DNA of 64,000 bases from a virus. Where the stretch lies: IMG/VR virus record IMGVR_UViG_3300045131_002907, positions 1 to 64,000 of that record. One strand, 5' to 3'. The notes under the pieces are model-generated. The model had not been told where the DNA came from, did no database searches, and saw only the letters and a program-made list of their open reading frames with translations. Below, one piece after another: positions 1-10,836 of the stretch. Numbering within the stretch: the stretch's first letter is position 1; each line of letters begins with the position of its first letter. Made by a program: the position numbers and the translations under genes.

Positions 1-622
1 GCCAACCCAGTGGTTCAAGCCAACCCAGTGGTTCAAGCCAACCCAGTGGTTCAAGCCAACCCAGTGGTTCAAGCCAACCCAGTGGTTCAAGCCAACCCAG
101 TGGTTCAAGCCAACCCAGTGGTTCAAGTCAACCCAGTGGTTCAAGCCAACCCAGTGGTTCAAGTCAACCCAGTGGTTCAAGTCAACCCAGTGGTTCAAGT
201 AACCCCAGTAAGCCCAGTGGTTCAAGCCAACCCAGTGGTTCAAGCCAACCCAGTGGTTCAAGCCAACCCAGTGGTTCAAGTAACCCCAGTAAGCCCAGTG
301 GTTCAAGCCAACCCAGTGGTTCAAGTAACCCCAGTAAGCCCAGTGGTTCAAGCCAACCCAGTGGTTCAAGTCAACCCAGTGGTTCAAGTAACCCCAGTAA
401 GCCCAGTGGTTCAAGCAACCCCAGTAAGCCCAGTGGTTCAAGTAACCCCAGTAAGCCCAGTGGTTCAAGTAACCCCAGTAAGCCCAGTGGTTCAAGTAAC
501 CCCAGTAAGCCCAGTGGTTCAAGTAACCCCAGTAAGCCCAGTGGTTCAAGTAACCCCAGTGGTTCAAGCCAACCCAGTGGTTCAAGTAACCCCAGTAAGC
601 CCAGTGGTTCAAGTGGCTCAAG
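1..622 (+). repeat. Coding tandem repeat of 18-nt (SQPSGS) and 27-nt (SNPSKPSGS) units
   Basis: Direct tandem copies of agccaacccagtggttca and agtaaccccagtaagcccagtggttca with no unique spacers. Confidence 0.95.
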
Positions 623-1883
623 CGATCCATACAGCAATCCGTATAGTCAGCCGTGTGAATGTATTTGTGAACCCATGAAGGAAATTGTGCTGAGTGAGTT
701 CAAGTTTAACTGCGATACCATGGAGTGGGAGCTAGAAAGCAGCACTGTGTTAGCTGGACCGTTTCAAGATGTTCCAGATGGGTGGTATCCGGGAGGCCTG
801 CTTCATGTGTTGAATAAGTTTACATTTACGAGCACTGATACTCGTATTAGATGTGTTGGCAAATGCGTCACTTGTTATCATTTTGGAGGGGAGGGGATAC
901 ATGTTAATAACGTCACCATAGAACCCACAGCCCCGCCTGACGACCCCTGCAAGTTCGTATATGTCAAATCAGTCATAGTGGACCCCTGCACACAATTTGA
1001 TTGCGTGGCGTTAGCCATGCGTGAGGTCGACCCTGCACAGGGAGAACCGCCAAACCCAAATACCAATCCACCTCCGGGGTGGGACCCAGTTAGAAGTGGT
1101 TGTTGTGAGAGTGGCCCCAGTGGCTCCAGTAATCCAAGTCATCCCAGTAATCCAAGCCATCCCAGTGGCTCCAGTAATCCAAGTCATCCCAGTAATCCAA
1201 GCCATCCCAGCGGCTCTAGTAACCCAAGTCATCCCAGTAACCCAAGTCATCCCAGTAACCCAAGTCATCCCAGTAACCCAAGTCATCCCAGTAACCCAAG
1301 TCATCCCAGTAACCCAAGTCATCCCAGTAACCCAAGCAGTGGTTCCAGTGGTTCCAGTGGTTCCAGTGGCTCCAGTGGCTCCAGTGGCTCCAGTGGTTCC
1401 AGTGGTTCCAGTGGCTCCAGTGGCTCCAGTGGCTCCAGTGGCTCCAGTGGCTCCAGTGGTTCCAGTGGTTCCAGTGGTTCCAGTGGTTCCAGCACCCCAT
1501 ATGAAGAATGTGGGTGTGACGTGTGGACCGATCAGTTTGTTGACTTCCACTTCGTCATCACAGATATCCCCGTGATAGAGAGTTGCTCCCTCAACCTGCG
1601 GCTCATCCAGTCAACTGACCCCAGACGATATATCCTTACCACGGGATCATTTGATAGAACATGTGAAGGTCTGGAAGGTGGTGGAACAGTCAATAACGCC
1701 AGCTTGACGTTTGATGACACCAATGATTGCATTGCCACCCTGACCACCATTATCAGAGGGAAGTCGACTACGTGGGGCCTCAAGCGAGACAGCACGGATT
1801 GTGCGTCATTCTACACTACTACCCCCGGATCGGGGTTGCCTGGAAACCCCCTACTGGGTACATCAGTTACCCAACTGCATTAA
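3..1883 (+). CDS. Ser/Pro/Gly-repeat, Cys-rich putative virion protein (5' partial)
   Basis: Frame 3 is open from base 3 (caa ccc agt ggt tca agc = QPSGSS) and runs into the track ORF 675..1883, which carries the same kind of SNPSHP/SSG repeats. It lies at the start of the fibre cluster. Confidence 0.75.
   Translation, partial: QPSGSSQPSGSSQPSGSSQPSGSSQPSGSSQPSGSSQPSGSSQPSGSSQPSGSSQPSGSSQPSGSSNPSKPSGSSQPSGSSQPSGSSQPSGSSNPSKPSGSSQPSGSSNPSKPSGSSQPSGSSQPSGSSNPSKPSGSSNPSKPSGSSNPSKPSGSSNPSKPSGSSNPSKPSGSSNPSKPSGSSNPSGSSQPSGSSNPSKPSGSSGSSDPYSNPYSQPCECICEPMKEIVLSEFKFNCDTMEWELESSTVLAGPFQDVPDGWYPGGLLHVLNKFTFTSTDTRIRCVGKCVTCYHFGGEGIHVNNVTIEPTAPPDDPCKFVYVKSVIVDPCTQFDCVALAMREVDPAQGEPPNPNTNPPPGWDPVRSGCCESGPSGSSNPSHPSNPSHPSGSSNPSHPSNPSHPSGSSNPSHPSNPSHPSNPSHPSNPSHPSNPSHPSNPSHPSNPSSGSSGSSGSSGSSGSSGSSGSSGSSGSSGSSGSSGSSGSSGSSGSSGSSGSSTPYEECGCDVWTDQFVDFHFVITDIPVIESCSLNLRLIQSTDPRRYILTTGSFDRTCEGLEGGGTVNNASLTFDDTNDCIATLTTIIRGKSTTWGLKRDSTDCASFYTTTPGSGLPGNPLLGTSVTQLH
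1110..1493 (+). repeat. Coding tandem repeat of 18-nt (SNPSHP) and 9-nt (SSG) units
   Basis: Arrays of agtaacccaagtcatccc and tccagtgg(c/t). Confidence 0.95.
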
Positions 1884-1905
1884 TCTTAGCCAACTGGATG
1901 GGATC

Positions 1906-4900
1906 ATGCCTCTACCCCTAGCAAATAATGCGCTGACGAAATTGATCTCCGTGCTCGACACAGGTGACACCATTGTGCATCTCGGTGACACCACGAAGTT
2001 CCCGGCGCAAGGCGCCGTGGTCATCGCGACGGCGATTCCTGGGGTAGTAGAGATTGCGCGATACAGCTCTAAAACAGATCACACTCTCCTGCTATCTGCG
2101 CGTGGTATCATGGGAACCACAGCAGCCCTTCACCCCGTGGGGGCATACTGCGGTCTCAGCATCTTGGCGGAACACTTCATTGAACTCCAAGTCGGTGAGG
2201 GGGACGAGATCGAGCGTATCCTGATGGGGAATACACTGGGTCCCCAAGACGTCGGGAAGACCTGGTTCGATACCTACTTCAACGAGTTCTTTGAATGGAC
2301 GGGGTCTGAGTGGATGGTTCCACTGCTTGATCGAGTCTCGGGTACTGGGGTTGCTGTTCAGGAGTTCATCGGGGGTGTCACTGAGATCCTGGCAAGCGCG
2401 GACTACAATGGTGGTGACCGCTGGATCAACACGGATACAGGTGAACTCCTGCGTTGCGTGGTATCCCCGCGCACACGAACACTTGCAGACTGGATTCCGA
2501 TTTCAGGAGCCACGGGATCTCAGGGGCCAACCGGTGAACCTGGACCACGTGGAATCCAGGGTGTCGCCCCTGCCAGCGGGATCCAGGGTCCGCAGGGCCC
2601 CGTTGGACCACGTGGGGTCCGTGGTGCCCAGGGTGCCGATGGCATCCCAGGTGTCACGGGTCCACAGGGAATTACTGGCCCCATCGGACCCATGGGACCA
2701 CGGGGAGCCGAGGGTGCACGTGGACCCACTGGCTCCACGAGTACGACACCGGGTCTGCAGGGCATCCCTGGGATAAGTGGTCACACGGGTCCACAGGGCA
2801 CACAAGGCCCCGCGGGTCCCCGAGGTGGTACCACGGCGAGTGCGACATCAGTTGATGGTCCCCGTGCGAATTACGACTCCCAGCCCGTAGGATTCATGTG
2901 GTGGGATATCGCGCTGGATCAGGTCTGGTTCCGGTCAGCTGCAACGCTCAGCTACGAAGGCAAGATTAACGCGAACTTACATAGACAGAACACAGTAGCC
3001 GTGCTCCCCAGTGGTGGTGTTCTCTTCGCAGGAACAAGTACATTTACCGAACCCACATGCGTGACGTGGATAGAGGTTAAGGCGATATCCGCGAATGGTG
3101 ACCACGTCCTTGGTTTGAAGACCAATGGTACCGTGCTTGCCGTTGGCGGTAACTATTATGGTGAGCTCAATGTCGCCGGGTGGTCGGAGGTCATTGCAGT
3201 TTCAGCTTCGTACAACTTATCTGTTGGACTCCGCGCCGACGGCACACTGGTGAGCGCCGGGGATACCTCTCAAGGGCGGCGTGGTCTAAATGGGTGGTTG
3301 TTGGTCAACCAGGTCGCCGCTGGAAACCAGAGCACAGTTGGTATCAAAGATGATGGCACCGTGGCCACCAAGGGGCGCAACGTCAATGGTCAGCTGAACA
3401 CCACGGGGTGGTCAAATATCTCTCAACTCGCCTGCGGTTACGAGTTCACGGTTGGGCTTCACCCCGACGGCACCGCCATTGGTACAGGATACAATGTCAA
3501 CGGTGAATACAATGTTTCGACATGGGAAACCCTTACCCAGATCGCGTGTGGGTACAACCACACGCTGGGGCTCAAGGTAGATCAAACCGTGGTTGCCACG
3601 GGGTTAAATACATCTGGGCAGTGTGATGTCTCATCATGGCTAGGTGTCACCAAAGTTCGTGGTGGTGGTGCACACTCACTGGGGCTCCTCACCGGCGGCA
3701 CAGTGGTTGGTGCCGGCAGTAACGCCAATAACCAGATCGCGGTCTCGGGGTGGAATGGGATCGTGGACATCGCATGCGGGGAGCTCCACAGCCTTGGGGT
3801 TCACACCGATGGTACAGTGGTGGCCACTGGAGACGACACCTACGGGCAGTCCTCGGTAACAGGGTGGTCTGGGATCTCACAGTTCCATGTCGCCTGCGGG
3901 TACGACAACGTCATCGCCACAGATGATTTAGGAAAGTATCACACCTTAGGGGACAACACCTACGGCCAGCTCACAGCGGTGCCAACCTGGGGGCCTGGGG
4001 TGTGGCCAATCGCAAGTGGAACCGGTCACGTCGTCGGAATCATAGCAGGAAGCGCCGTCGCGGCGGGGCTTAATGATTACGGACAATGTAATGTGTCAGG
4101 CTGGTCAAATGTCCAAAAGGTGTACTGCTGCAACTTGTCTACTATCGCCATCTACGGCGCATATGGAGAGGTTGTCGCCGTTGGAAACAATGACTACGGA
4201 CAACTCAACTTATACGATGAATGGTATGGGTACCAGTACCCGTGGATGAACATTGCAGCCATCGCGATGGGGCCCTCCCACACCCTGGCGCTTGATAGCT
4301 ACGGTGGCGTTCGTGGGGTTGGTGACAACTGGGTAGGGCAGCTCAGCTTCAGTTGGTATTATGGTTACATAGCAGTCGCAGCTGGTAGCGGGTTCTCGTT
4401 GGCGCTGGATTCATCCGGGTACGTCAGTTATGCAGGAGACACGTGGTCACCTGTCTATTATACGGTTTCCACGTGGTCAGGAATAATTGCGATCGCAGCT
4501 GGTTATTGGTTCGCTGCTGGGCTTCATGCCGATGGCACTGTATCCGTTTCAGCTACAGACCCCGCAGACCCCCTGTACGCGGCAACTGCATGGACAGGCA
4601 TTGTCGAGATCTACGCGGGCCCCAACCATCTCGTCGGACGACGTGCAGATGGCTCCGTGGTCGGTGTGCTGGGCAACTCTTACTCCGCCGACATCGGGCT
4701 TGGGAAGTTCCTACCCTGGTCCAATGTGGTCTCCGTGGCCTGTGGGCGCAATCACTCCGTGGGGCTCCATGCCGATGGTACCGTGATCGCAACGGGGCAA
4801 AACACAGATGGTCAGATTAATGTGTCGACATGGACTGGGATCATCGCAGTGGTCTGTGGACCCACGCATACCATAGGGTTGAAGCCAGATGGCACCGTCG

Positions 4901-6237
4901 TGGCCACTGGTAACAACGCAGATGGTCAAGTCTCAATTTTCCCGTTCTCGGGGATCACTAAGGTGCGGGCGAAGCAAACCTGTGTTGTCGCTCTGAAGTC
5001 CAATGGAACCCTACTGGCTACAGCGGGGTCTGACCAAAGTTACTATCAGCCAGGTGGAATGCTTGATCTCGGATCCTTTGTAGACGTCGTAGATTTTGAT
5101 CTCGCAGATCACCACTTGGTTGCCGTGTTCTCAGATGGTACTGCGAGATCTACTGGGCTATCCAACCCATACGGGGAGATGAACGTCTCGACCTGGGATA
5201 ACCTCGCCTCTGTAAAGTGTGGCAGATACTGCACAGTTGGTTTGAAGCGGGATGGTACCGTTGTCGCAGTAGGTGACAATAGTCGTGGTATGCTCAATGT
5301 CTCGGGCTGGAATGGGATCGTCGCGATTTCAGTGGGGTACTACGAAGTCATCGGATTAAAGTCAGACGGCACCCTCGTAGGCACCTTTGGAGGTTACTCA
5401 TCCTACTACGGTGAACTCGAGTTTAATGCTGGGTGGCACAACCTGATTGATATCGATGGGGGTTATCAATTCACTGCTGTGCTCCGCGCCGATGGGGTTG
5501 TCTTAGCCAAGGGTAACAACGACGTCGGACAATGTAACGTGGGGGCCTGGGCAGGGGTAACCCAGATTGCATGTGGTGAACAGGTCACACTGGGGAGACT
5601 GTCCACTGGAGCCGCAGTGGCCACTGGGCTTAATACCTCGGGGCAGTGCAATGTCAGCGGGTGGACAAATATCGCTCAGGTAGCCAGTGGGGCCAGTTTC
5701 TCCGTGGGTCGCAAGGCAGATGGCACCGCAGTTGGTGTGGGATCTAACGCCAACGGACAAATCAATGTGGGCTCATGGACCACCCTGATATCAATTGCTG
5801 CAGGTTACGGGGGTTCATTCACAGTGGGTCTCAAGGCAGACAATACTTGCGTGGCCACTGGATTGAACTCATCTGGTCAATGCAATGTCGGGGCCTGGAC
5901 TGGTATCATTGCGGTCGCCGCGGGGTATCAGCATTCCGTGGGGCTGAAAGCAGATGGCACCGTTGTCGCCACGGGGTCCAATGCCCAGGGTCAATGTAAT
6001 GTTGGGGCCTGGACAGGTATCGTTGAAGTCACCTGCAACAGAGTTGCAACATTCGGTCGCAAAGCAGATGGATCCCTGGTATCCACTGGAGCCTCCATTG
6101 CAGCACTTGCTCCGGCTGCAAAACTAGCAGTCGGCAACGATCACTACCTATGTTTGAAAGCGGATAACACTGCACGTGGCACAGGAGGTAACTCGAAATG
6201 GGAATCCACGCTGGTCGAATGGGATCTCATCACATGA
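1906..6237 (+). CDS. Tail fibre-like protein: N-terminal domain, collagen-like segment and a long RCC1/BLIP-II-type repeat region
   Basis: Gly-X-Y run, then many ~37-aa repeats such as IAVAAGYQHSVGLKADGTVVATGSNAQGQCNVGAWTG. Start set at ATG 1906 because MPLPLANN aligns with MALPIQNN of the paralog at 7306. Confidence 0.85.
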   Translation: MPLPLANNALTKLISVLDTGDTIVHLGDTTKFPAQGAVVIATAIPGVVEIARYSSKTDHTLLLSARGIMGTTAALHPVGAYCGLSILAEHFIELQVGEGDEIERILMGNTLGPQDVGKTWFDTYFNEFFEWTGSEWMVPLLDRVSGTGVAVQEFIGGVTEILASADYNGGDRWINTDTGELLRCVVSPRTRTLADWIPISGATGSQGPTGEPGPRGIQGVAPASGIQGPQGPVGPRGVRGAQGADGIPGVTGPQGITGPIGPMGPRGAEGARGPTGSTSTTPGLQGIPGISGHTGPQGTQGPAGPRGGTTASATSVDGPRANYDSQPVGFMWWDIALDQVWFRSAATLSYEGKINANLHRQNTVAVLPSGGVLFAGTSTFTEPTCVTWIEVKAISANGDHVLGLKTNGTVLAVGGNYYGELNVAGWSEVIAVSASYNLSVGLRADGTLVSAGDTSQGRRGLNGWLLVNQVAAGNQSTVGIKDDGTVATKGRNVNGQLNTTGWSNISQLACGYEFTVGLHPDGTAIGTGYNVNGEYNVSTWETLTQIACGYNHTLGLKVDQTVVATGLNTSGQCDVSSWLGVTKVRGGGAHSLGLLTGGTVVGAGSNANNQIAVSGWNGIVDIACGELHSLGVHTDGTVVATGDDTYGQSSVTGWSGISQFHVACGYDNVIATDDLGKYHTLGDNTYGQLTAVPTWGPGVWPIASGTGHVVGIIAGSAVAAGLNDYGQCNVSGWSNVQKVYCCNLSTIAIYGAYGEVVAVGNNDYGQLNLYDEWYGYQYPWMNIAAIAMGPSHTLALDSYGGVRGVGDNWVGQLSFSWYYGYIAVAAGSGFSLALDSSGYVSYAGDTWSPVYYTVSTWSGIIAIAAGYWFAAGLHADGTVSVSATDPADPLYAATAWTGIVEIYAGPNHLVGRRADGSVVGVLGNSYSADIGLGKFLPWSNVVSVACGRNHSVGLHADGTVIATGQNTDGQINVSTWTGIIAVVCGPTHTIGLKPDGTVVATGNNADGQVSIFPFSGITKVRAKQTCVVALKSNGTLLATAGSDQSYYQPGGMLDLGSFVDVVDFDLADHHLVAVFSDGTARSTGLSNPYGEMNVSTWDNLASVKCGRYCTVGLKRDGTVVAVGDNSRGMLNVSGWNGIVAISVGYYEVIGLKSDGTLVGTFGGYSSYYGELEFNAGWHNLIDIDGGYQFTAVLRADGVVLAKGNNDVGQCNVGAWAGVTQIACGEQVTLGRLSTGAAVATGLNTSGQCNVSGWTNIAQVASGASFSVGRKADGTAVGVGSNANGQINVGSWTTLISIAAGYGGSFTVGLKADNTCVATGLNSSGQCNVGAWTGIIAVAAGYQHSVGLKADGTVVATGSNAQGQCNVGAWTGIVEVTCNRVATFGRKADGSLVSTGASIAALAPAAKLAVGNDHYLCLKADNTARGTGGNSKWESTLVEWDLIT

Positions 6238-6270
6238 ACTATGTAATAGCGAAATCAAGGTGGTGTAGTC

Positions 6271-7305
6271 ATGGCTGATCTCTGGTTAGGCCCACTTCCT
6301 GGTAAAGGTGTCATGGGTCCAGCGGGGCCCCAGGGTCCCACGGGTCCACGTGGATCCCGGGGTCCGCAGGGCCCCCAGGGTGCATGGGGTCCACAGGGCA
6401 CCAGGGGAGTCCAGGGCGACAGGGGTCCACGTGGGGTCCCCGGAGATACGGGACCACAAGGTATTACTGGAATCCAGGGGGTCACCGGACTACCCGGGTT
6501 TGATGGCGTCACGGGACCTCGAGGCATACAGGGACCACGGGGTCCCACGGGTCCCCTGCGTCAGGGTCCACAGGGTCCCCCTGGAGACATCGGGGATGCT
6601 GGTAAAGACGGTAATCGTGGGCGCGACGGTCTCCAGGGCCCACCTGGGGACAGGGGACCGCAAGGACGCCAGGGGGCACCAGGTCCCCAGGGCCCACGGG
6701 GGCCAGATGGGGTTCCCGGACCCCAGGGTGACCAGGGCCCACGCGGGCACCAAGGTGACCCCGGCCCCAAGGGAATCAAGGGATCACCGGGGCCACGTGG
6801 GGCCACCGGGATTGGGCCGACGGGGCCCAGGGGTATCACGGGTCCGCAGGGGCCAGAGGGAAAGACCTCAACGGGTCCCCAGGGGCCGCAGGGCCCGCAA
6901 GGCAATAAGGGGCCATTGGGACCTCAGGGGCCCCAGGGGCCTCCAGGTGGACGCGGTCGCCAAGGCTTCCAAGGTGCCGACGGTGGCTTTGGGCCAGTGG
7001 GTCCCCAGGGTGACACAGGGGATACAGGGGAGCGCGGTGAACCCGGAAGAGTGATACCAGGCCCAACGGGTCCAGCGGGGGCCACTGGTCCTTGTGATCT
7101 CACGACGTGGCCAGCGCAACCTCCATGCAACCACGACCACGCCGGGGATGTCCTGTCACCCGTCCGTGTTAAAGCAGTGACCACGTTGACACCAGTTCTC
7201 GATACCACGTTGCTGCGTGCGGGGTCGCTCATAGTTGCCGGCAGGTCTGCTGGGCCTACTGTAGTCGAGACCTGCGGCGACACCAAGACTCTATTGGGGT
7301 ACTGA
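6271..7305 (+). CDS. Collagen-like fibre protein (apparent C-terminal half of a split gene)
   Basis: Almost entirely Gly-X-Y. The C-terminal C-x-H-x-H segment resembles CETHTH in the 7306 protein. Confidence 0.8.
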   Translation: MADLWLGPLPGKGVMGPAGPQGPTGPRGSRGPQGPQGAWGPQGTRGVQGDRGPRGVPGDTGPQGITGIQGVTGLPGFDGVTGPRGIQGPRGPTGPLRQGPQGPPGDIGDAGKDGNRGRDGLQGPPGDRGPQGRQGAPGPQGPRGPDGVPGPQGDQGPRGHQGDPGPKGIKGSPGPRGATGIGPTGPRGITGPQGPEGKTSTGPQGPQGPQGNKGPLGPQGPQGPPGGRGRQGFQGADGGFGPVGPQGDTGDTGERGEPGRVIPGPTGPAGATGPCDLTTWPAQPPCNHDHAGDVLSPVRVKAVTTLTPVLDTTLLRAGSLIVAGRSAGPTVVETCGDTKTLLGY

Positions 7306-10300
7306 ATGGCACTGCCAATTCAAAACAACACGATTACTCGGTTGGCCACTGCGCTCCTCGCCGATGCCGAGGGCCCCGATTCCTATGTTGAAATCATGGA
7401 TGCCACGAGGCTGGATCCCCAAGGCGGAGTTGTGGCCGTGGGTACCGGCCTCGAGGGTACCCCCAGTGAAGTCATCGGGTACTCCTCGATCTCTGGCAGA
7501 TTCCTCATGGGGCTCTCACGTGGCCTCCAGGGTACCCAGGCCGTGCTCCACGCCGCCCAGGAACTCGTTGGACTCGTGATCACCGCGGGGCATGTCGCCG
7601 AGCTCCAGGTCCAATTTGGAACCACGGTTCAGCGCCTCGCGATTTCATTGAGCCGTGGTGACACCGGGTTCCGGTGGTATGACACCGACCTCAATGAACT
7701 CTACATCTGGTTCATCCATTCTTGGGTGATCGCTGCGAAGATCTACCCCAGCCCGTTTTCATCTTCGGCCCCATTCAAGGAATGGAGGTGCCCGCGGAGT
7801 TGGGTTCTCGCCCGTGAGTATTCACAGGGCGACCGCTGGATCGAGGACGCCGGAAATTTCTCTTTATGGTTGTGCACTGCGAATACACGGACGAACACCA
7901 TTGCGGACTGGACTGAGATCGGGGTGGGGGCCACGGGGCCCCAGGGTCCAAGTGGCCCCCAGGGCCCCCAGGGTATAACAGGCCCAGGTCTCCCGGGCCC
8001 ACGTGGTCCAAGTGGACCCCGGGGTCCCAGTGGCATCGCGGGTCCCCAGGGCATCCAGGGGACCCCAGGGCTACAGGGTCCCCCGGGACCCCAGGGTGAC
8101 ACCGGAGTCAGTGGTACCCCGGGGCCAACGGGGTCGATGGGTACAGTGGGTACCCCCGGTATCCAAGGTGTTCAAGGTCCCACTGGGGTAAGCCCGCCTG
8201 GCCCCACCGGAGTCGCGGGCCCCCGTGGATTCGATGGAACCAAAATACTCAATGGTGTCGGCGATCTTTCGGGGAGGCCCCCAGCGGGGAGTGTCCCCAC
8301 GGGTTATACCTATCTCGCCGTTGATGTCGCCGTGGTCTACACGCGTACGGCGAGTTCGACATGGACTTCTCAGTCCTGGGCGCCCCAGGGGCCACAGGGT
8401 CCACAGGGTATCCCGGGGACCACACCTGGTGCCATCGGGGCCACGGGCCCACAAGGATTCAGTGGTATCCAGGGAATCCCTGGTATCACAGGTGTCACCG
8501 GTGCACAGGGCCCCCAGGGGCCGCAGCAACAAGGTGTTCAGGGACCCCAAGGTGACCAGGGTCCCACTGGGGTCGCCGCTCCGGGACCCCAAGGAATCAC
8601 AGGTATAATCGGACCCCCTGGTGCCAGGGGACCCGAAGGTCTTCCTGGTGTACGTGGAATCAAGGGTGACCCCGGTATCGCCGGGCAGCCCGGGGCCCCT
8701 GGACTCGACGGACCCCAGGGTCCACGTGGCCTCCCCGGTATCGATGGTTTACGTGGTGAGCCCGGTCCCGGTGGAGTCGCCGGTGGTCTGGGTCCCAAAG
8801 GTGATGCTGGCCCCCTGGGCCCCCTGGGGCCCACTGGGGTTCAGGGACCCCCTGGAGAACCCGGTGAAACCGGGGATAAGGGGCCTCCGGGTCCCATAGG
8901 CCCCCGAGGCCCCGCGGGTCCCCCTGGACCCGCTGGTGGAAATATCAATGGTCCCATGGGACCCGCGGGTCCCCAGGGCCCCGATGGTGATCCAGGCCCA
9001 ATGGGTGGACCCGGAGGATATGGTAACCGGGGACCCCGCGGACCCCGAGGAGACCCCGGAAACATCTACCCCGGCGGGAAGGGGCCAACAGGAATAACAG
9101 GGCGACAGGGTGACCATGGACGTGACTCAGATACAGGCCCCACTGGCCCCACTGGCCCCCAAGGCCCCGCTTGTACTCCTCCTACGAATACGTGCTCGGA
9201 CTGCGAAACCCATACCCATTCTGCTTCAGATATCACGCCGACTTCATTGACAGTTAATATAGTCATTGAGGCCGAATGCACTGATGCCGGGGAAGTCGTG
9301 ACCTCAACGCTATGCGTGGGGGGTTACGAATACGCACCAGAAGAAGTCGAGCTGTGGTCCGATGGTTCCACAAGCATTGCTAGACTGTTTGTTCGCGGTG
9401 CGCCCTGTGCAGGGGGCCCCCCGGAGCCGTTGACATGCGAGTGTGATAGCACATGTGATCTGACAATCTCAGTTATTCAAATTGATACATGGGTGTGGGC
9501 GTGCACGGAATGGGTTCTGGTTCCTGAGGAGTCGGGGCGCCTGTTTTTTACCGACAACTGTTGGTATGGCGAACGTAGAGTCTGGCCCTATGTGAAGTTT
9601 ACAGGATCACTACCACCATTTCCAGGCGACATTAAAATTTGTGTGGAGTGCTGTGGCCCCGACTTCTTTAAGTGTGGGACCTGCACGGATGCCTGCAGTG
9701 TAGAGGCGATCCCAGGGCAAGACATAAGCTGTATGCAGCGCGGCGAAGTACGTATTAATCCTGGGCCTGGCACAGGTTTTGAATACAATAACTGTTATAC
9801 AACAACAATAACTCGTGTGCGAGATCGAGTAAATGTGCAGACCTTGGTAGATTGTAGTGCCAGACCGGGCCACCCGCAGTTCTATTGCGACAAGATTACG
9901 CCAGAACCCCCCACAGACGTGCCCTGGCGTTTCTGCGGGACCTTAGAAGTCACCATTCTACCTGGTCCAGACATCCCACCGTTCTATGGCACAGCATGGG
10001 TCCAGAACTACGGGCCTGGACGGGTGCAATTTAGAGTTCTTGGGTTACCCCGTCCCGAGGATAGATGCGAGGTTCTAGTGGTGGTGTACCCAGGCAATCA
10101 AGAGGGTATTTGGCCTAAGATTCTTGCGAACGCCTCAATTAATACCACGCTTTTGGTGGGGAGTGACCCAGTAACTATTGAGATCCCCTTTGAAGACTAT
10201 GTAACTAACGAGTGGGATACCATGCGCGGGGGGCCACTATCATGGGGCGCGGATGGTCACGGTGTGGTTTACGCTAGGCTACTCGGTACAGAAGGTTGGG

Positions 10301-10794
10301 ATGTTGTGCAGTTGTGGCGCCCTTTTACCGTAAAGTTGAACCCATCGCGCTGTGCAACTATACGCGGTGCTTTCATACTAGGTAATCAGCCGCCTGGAGG
10401 TGGTACACCGGCAATATATGTAAATATCCTCGACGCCGCAACTGATCAGTTGATACCGGATTTCGAGCTTACCGGGAACGGGCAGCAAAACGTCCATGCT
10501 GTGAAGGTAAGATATAATGGTATCACTTGGATCCCTGATGGGCTAGAACCCTGGTTAAATAAAGGGCCACCACCGACGGCGACTCTACGAGTTCAAGGCG
10601 AGAGAGCAAACTACCTCCATGGTCACGTCGATCCAAAAATTGTAGACGACGAGTTAGTGGAGGTCACCCAGGATCCAGGCCCGCACACTCTACCAGGTAC
10701 TTATGCAGTTCCAGATATCATGCAGTATCGTATGTATCCCAGTGGTTGGCCAGTTTATCCGATATGGGACCCGTGGGATGGTTCAGCGGGTTGA
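7306..10794 (+). CDS. Collagen-like tail fibre protein with Cys-rich C-terminal region
   Basis: N-terminal domain paralogous to the 1906 protein, two collagen blocks, HxH motif, Cys-rich C-terminus. Confidence 0.85.
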   Translation: MALPIQNNTITRLATALLADAEGPDSYVEIMDATRLDPQGGVVAVGTGLEGTPSEVIGYSSISGRFLMGLSRGLQGTQAVLHAAQELVGLVITAGHVAELQVQFGTTVQRLAISLSRGDTGFRWYDTDLNELYIWFIHSWVIAAKIYPSPFSSSAPFKEWRCPRSWVLAREYSQGDRWIEDAGNFSLWLCTANTRTNTIADWTEIGVGATGPQGPSGPQGPQGITGPGLPGPRGPSGPRGPSGIAGPQGIQGTPGLQGPPGPQGDTGVSGTPGPTGSMGTVGTPGIQGVQGPTGVSPPGPTGVAGPRGFDGTKILNGVGDLSGRPPAGSVPTGYTYLAVDVAVVYTRTASSTWTSQSWAPQGPQGPQGIPGTTPGAIGATGPQGFSGIQGIPGITGVTGAQGPQGPQQQGVQGPQGDQGPTGVAAPGPQGITGIIGPPGARGPEGLPGVRGIKGDPGIAGQPGAPGLDGPQGPRGLPGIDGLRGEPGPGGVAGGLGPKGDAGPLGPLGPTGVQGPPGEPGETGDKGPPGPIGPRGPAGPPGPAGGNINGPMGPAGPQGPDGDPGPMGGPGGYGNRGPRGPRGDPGNIYPGGKGPTGITGRQGDHGRDSDTGPTGPTGPQGPACTPPTNTCSDCETHTHSASDITPTSLTVNIVIEAECTDAGEVVTSTLCVGGYEYAPEEVELWSDGSTSIARLFVRGAPCAGGPPEPLTCECDSTCDLTISVIQIDTWVWACTEWVLVPEESGRLFFTDNCWYGERRVWPYVKFTGSLPPFPGDIKICVECCGPDFFKCGTCTDACSVEAIPGQDISCMQRGEVRINPGPGTGFEYNNCYTTTITRVRDRVNVQTLVDCSARPGHPQFYCDKITPEPPTDVPWRFCGTLEVTILPGPDIPPFYGTAWVQNYGPGRVQFRVLGLPRPEDRCEVLVVVYPGNQEGIWPKILANASINTTLLVGSDPVTIEIPFEDYVTNEWDTMRGGPLSWGADGHGVVYARLLGTEGWDVVQLWRPFTVKLNPSRCATIRGAFILGNQPPGGGTPAIYVNILDAATDQLIPDFELTGNGQQNVHAVKVRYNGITWIPDGLEPWLNKGPPPTATLRVQGERANYLHGHVDPKIVDDELVEVTQDPGPHTLPGTYAVPDIMQYRMYPSGWPVYPIWDPWDGSAG

Positions 10795-10836
10795 TTATTA
10801 TGTGGCGCAACCACACTTTTGCTAAAAGGAAATAAA

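Noticed and set aside
10-678. Track ORF encoding VQANPV repeats
   Set aside because: It is a shadow frame. Frame 3 is continuous with the downstream gene and matches its Ser-rich repeats.
1-1500. Possible CRISPR array
   Set aside because: The units abut with no unique spacers and are multiples of 3 within a CDS.
2941-6237. Diversity-generating retroelement or shufflon acting on the RCC1 fibre
   Set aside because: No reverse transcriptase, invertase or adenine-specific TR/VR pair seen in the window.
6235-6273. Stop-codon readthrough or recoded genetic code fusing 1906 with 6271
   Set aside because: Three different in-frame stops (TGA, TAA, TAG) intervene, and all three stop codons end well-packed genes elsewhere in the window.
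2400-9281. Many antisense and alternate-frame Pro/Gly/Trp-rich ORFs
   Set aside because: Expected artefacts of GC-rich collagen codons.
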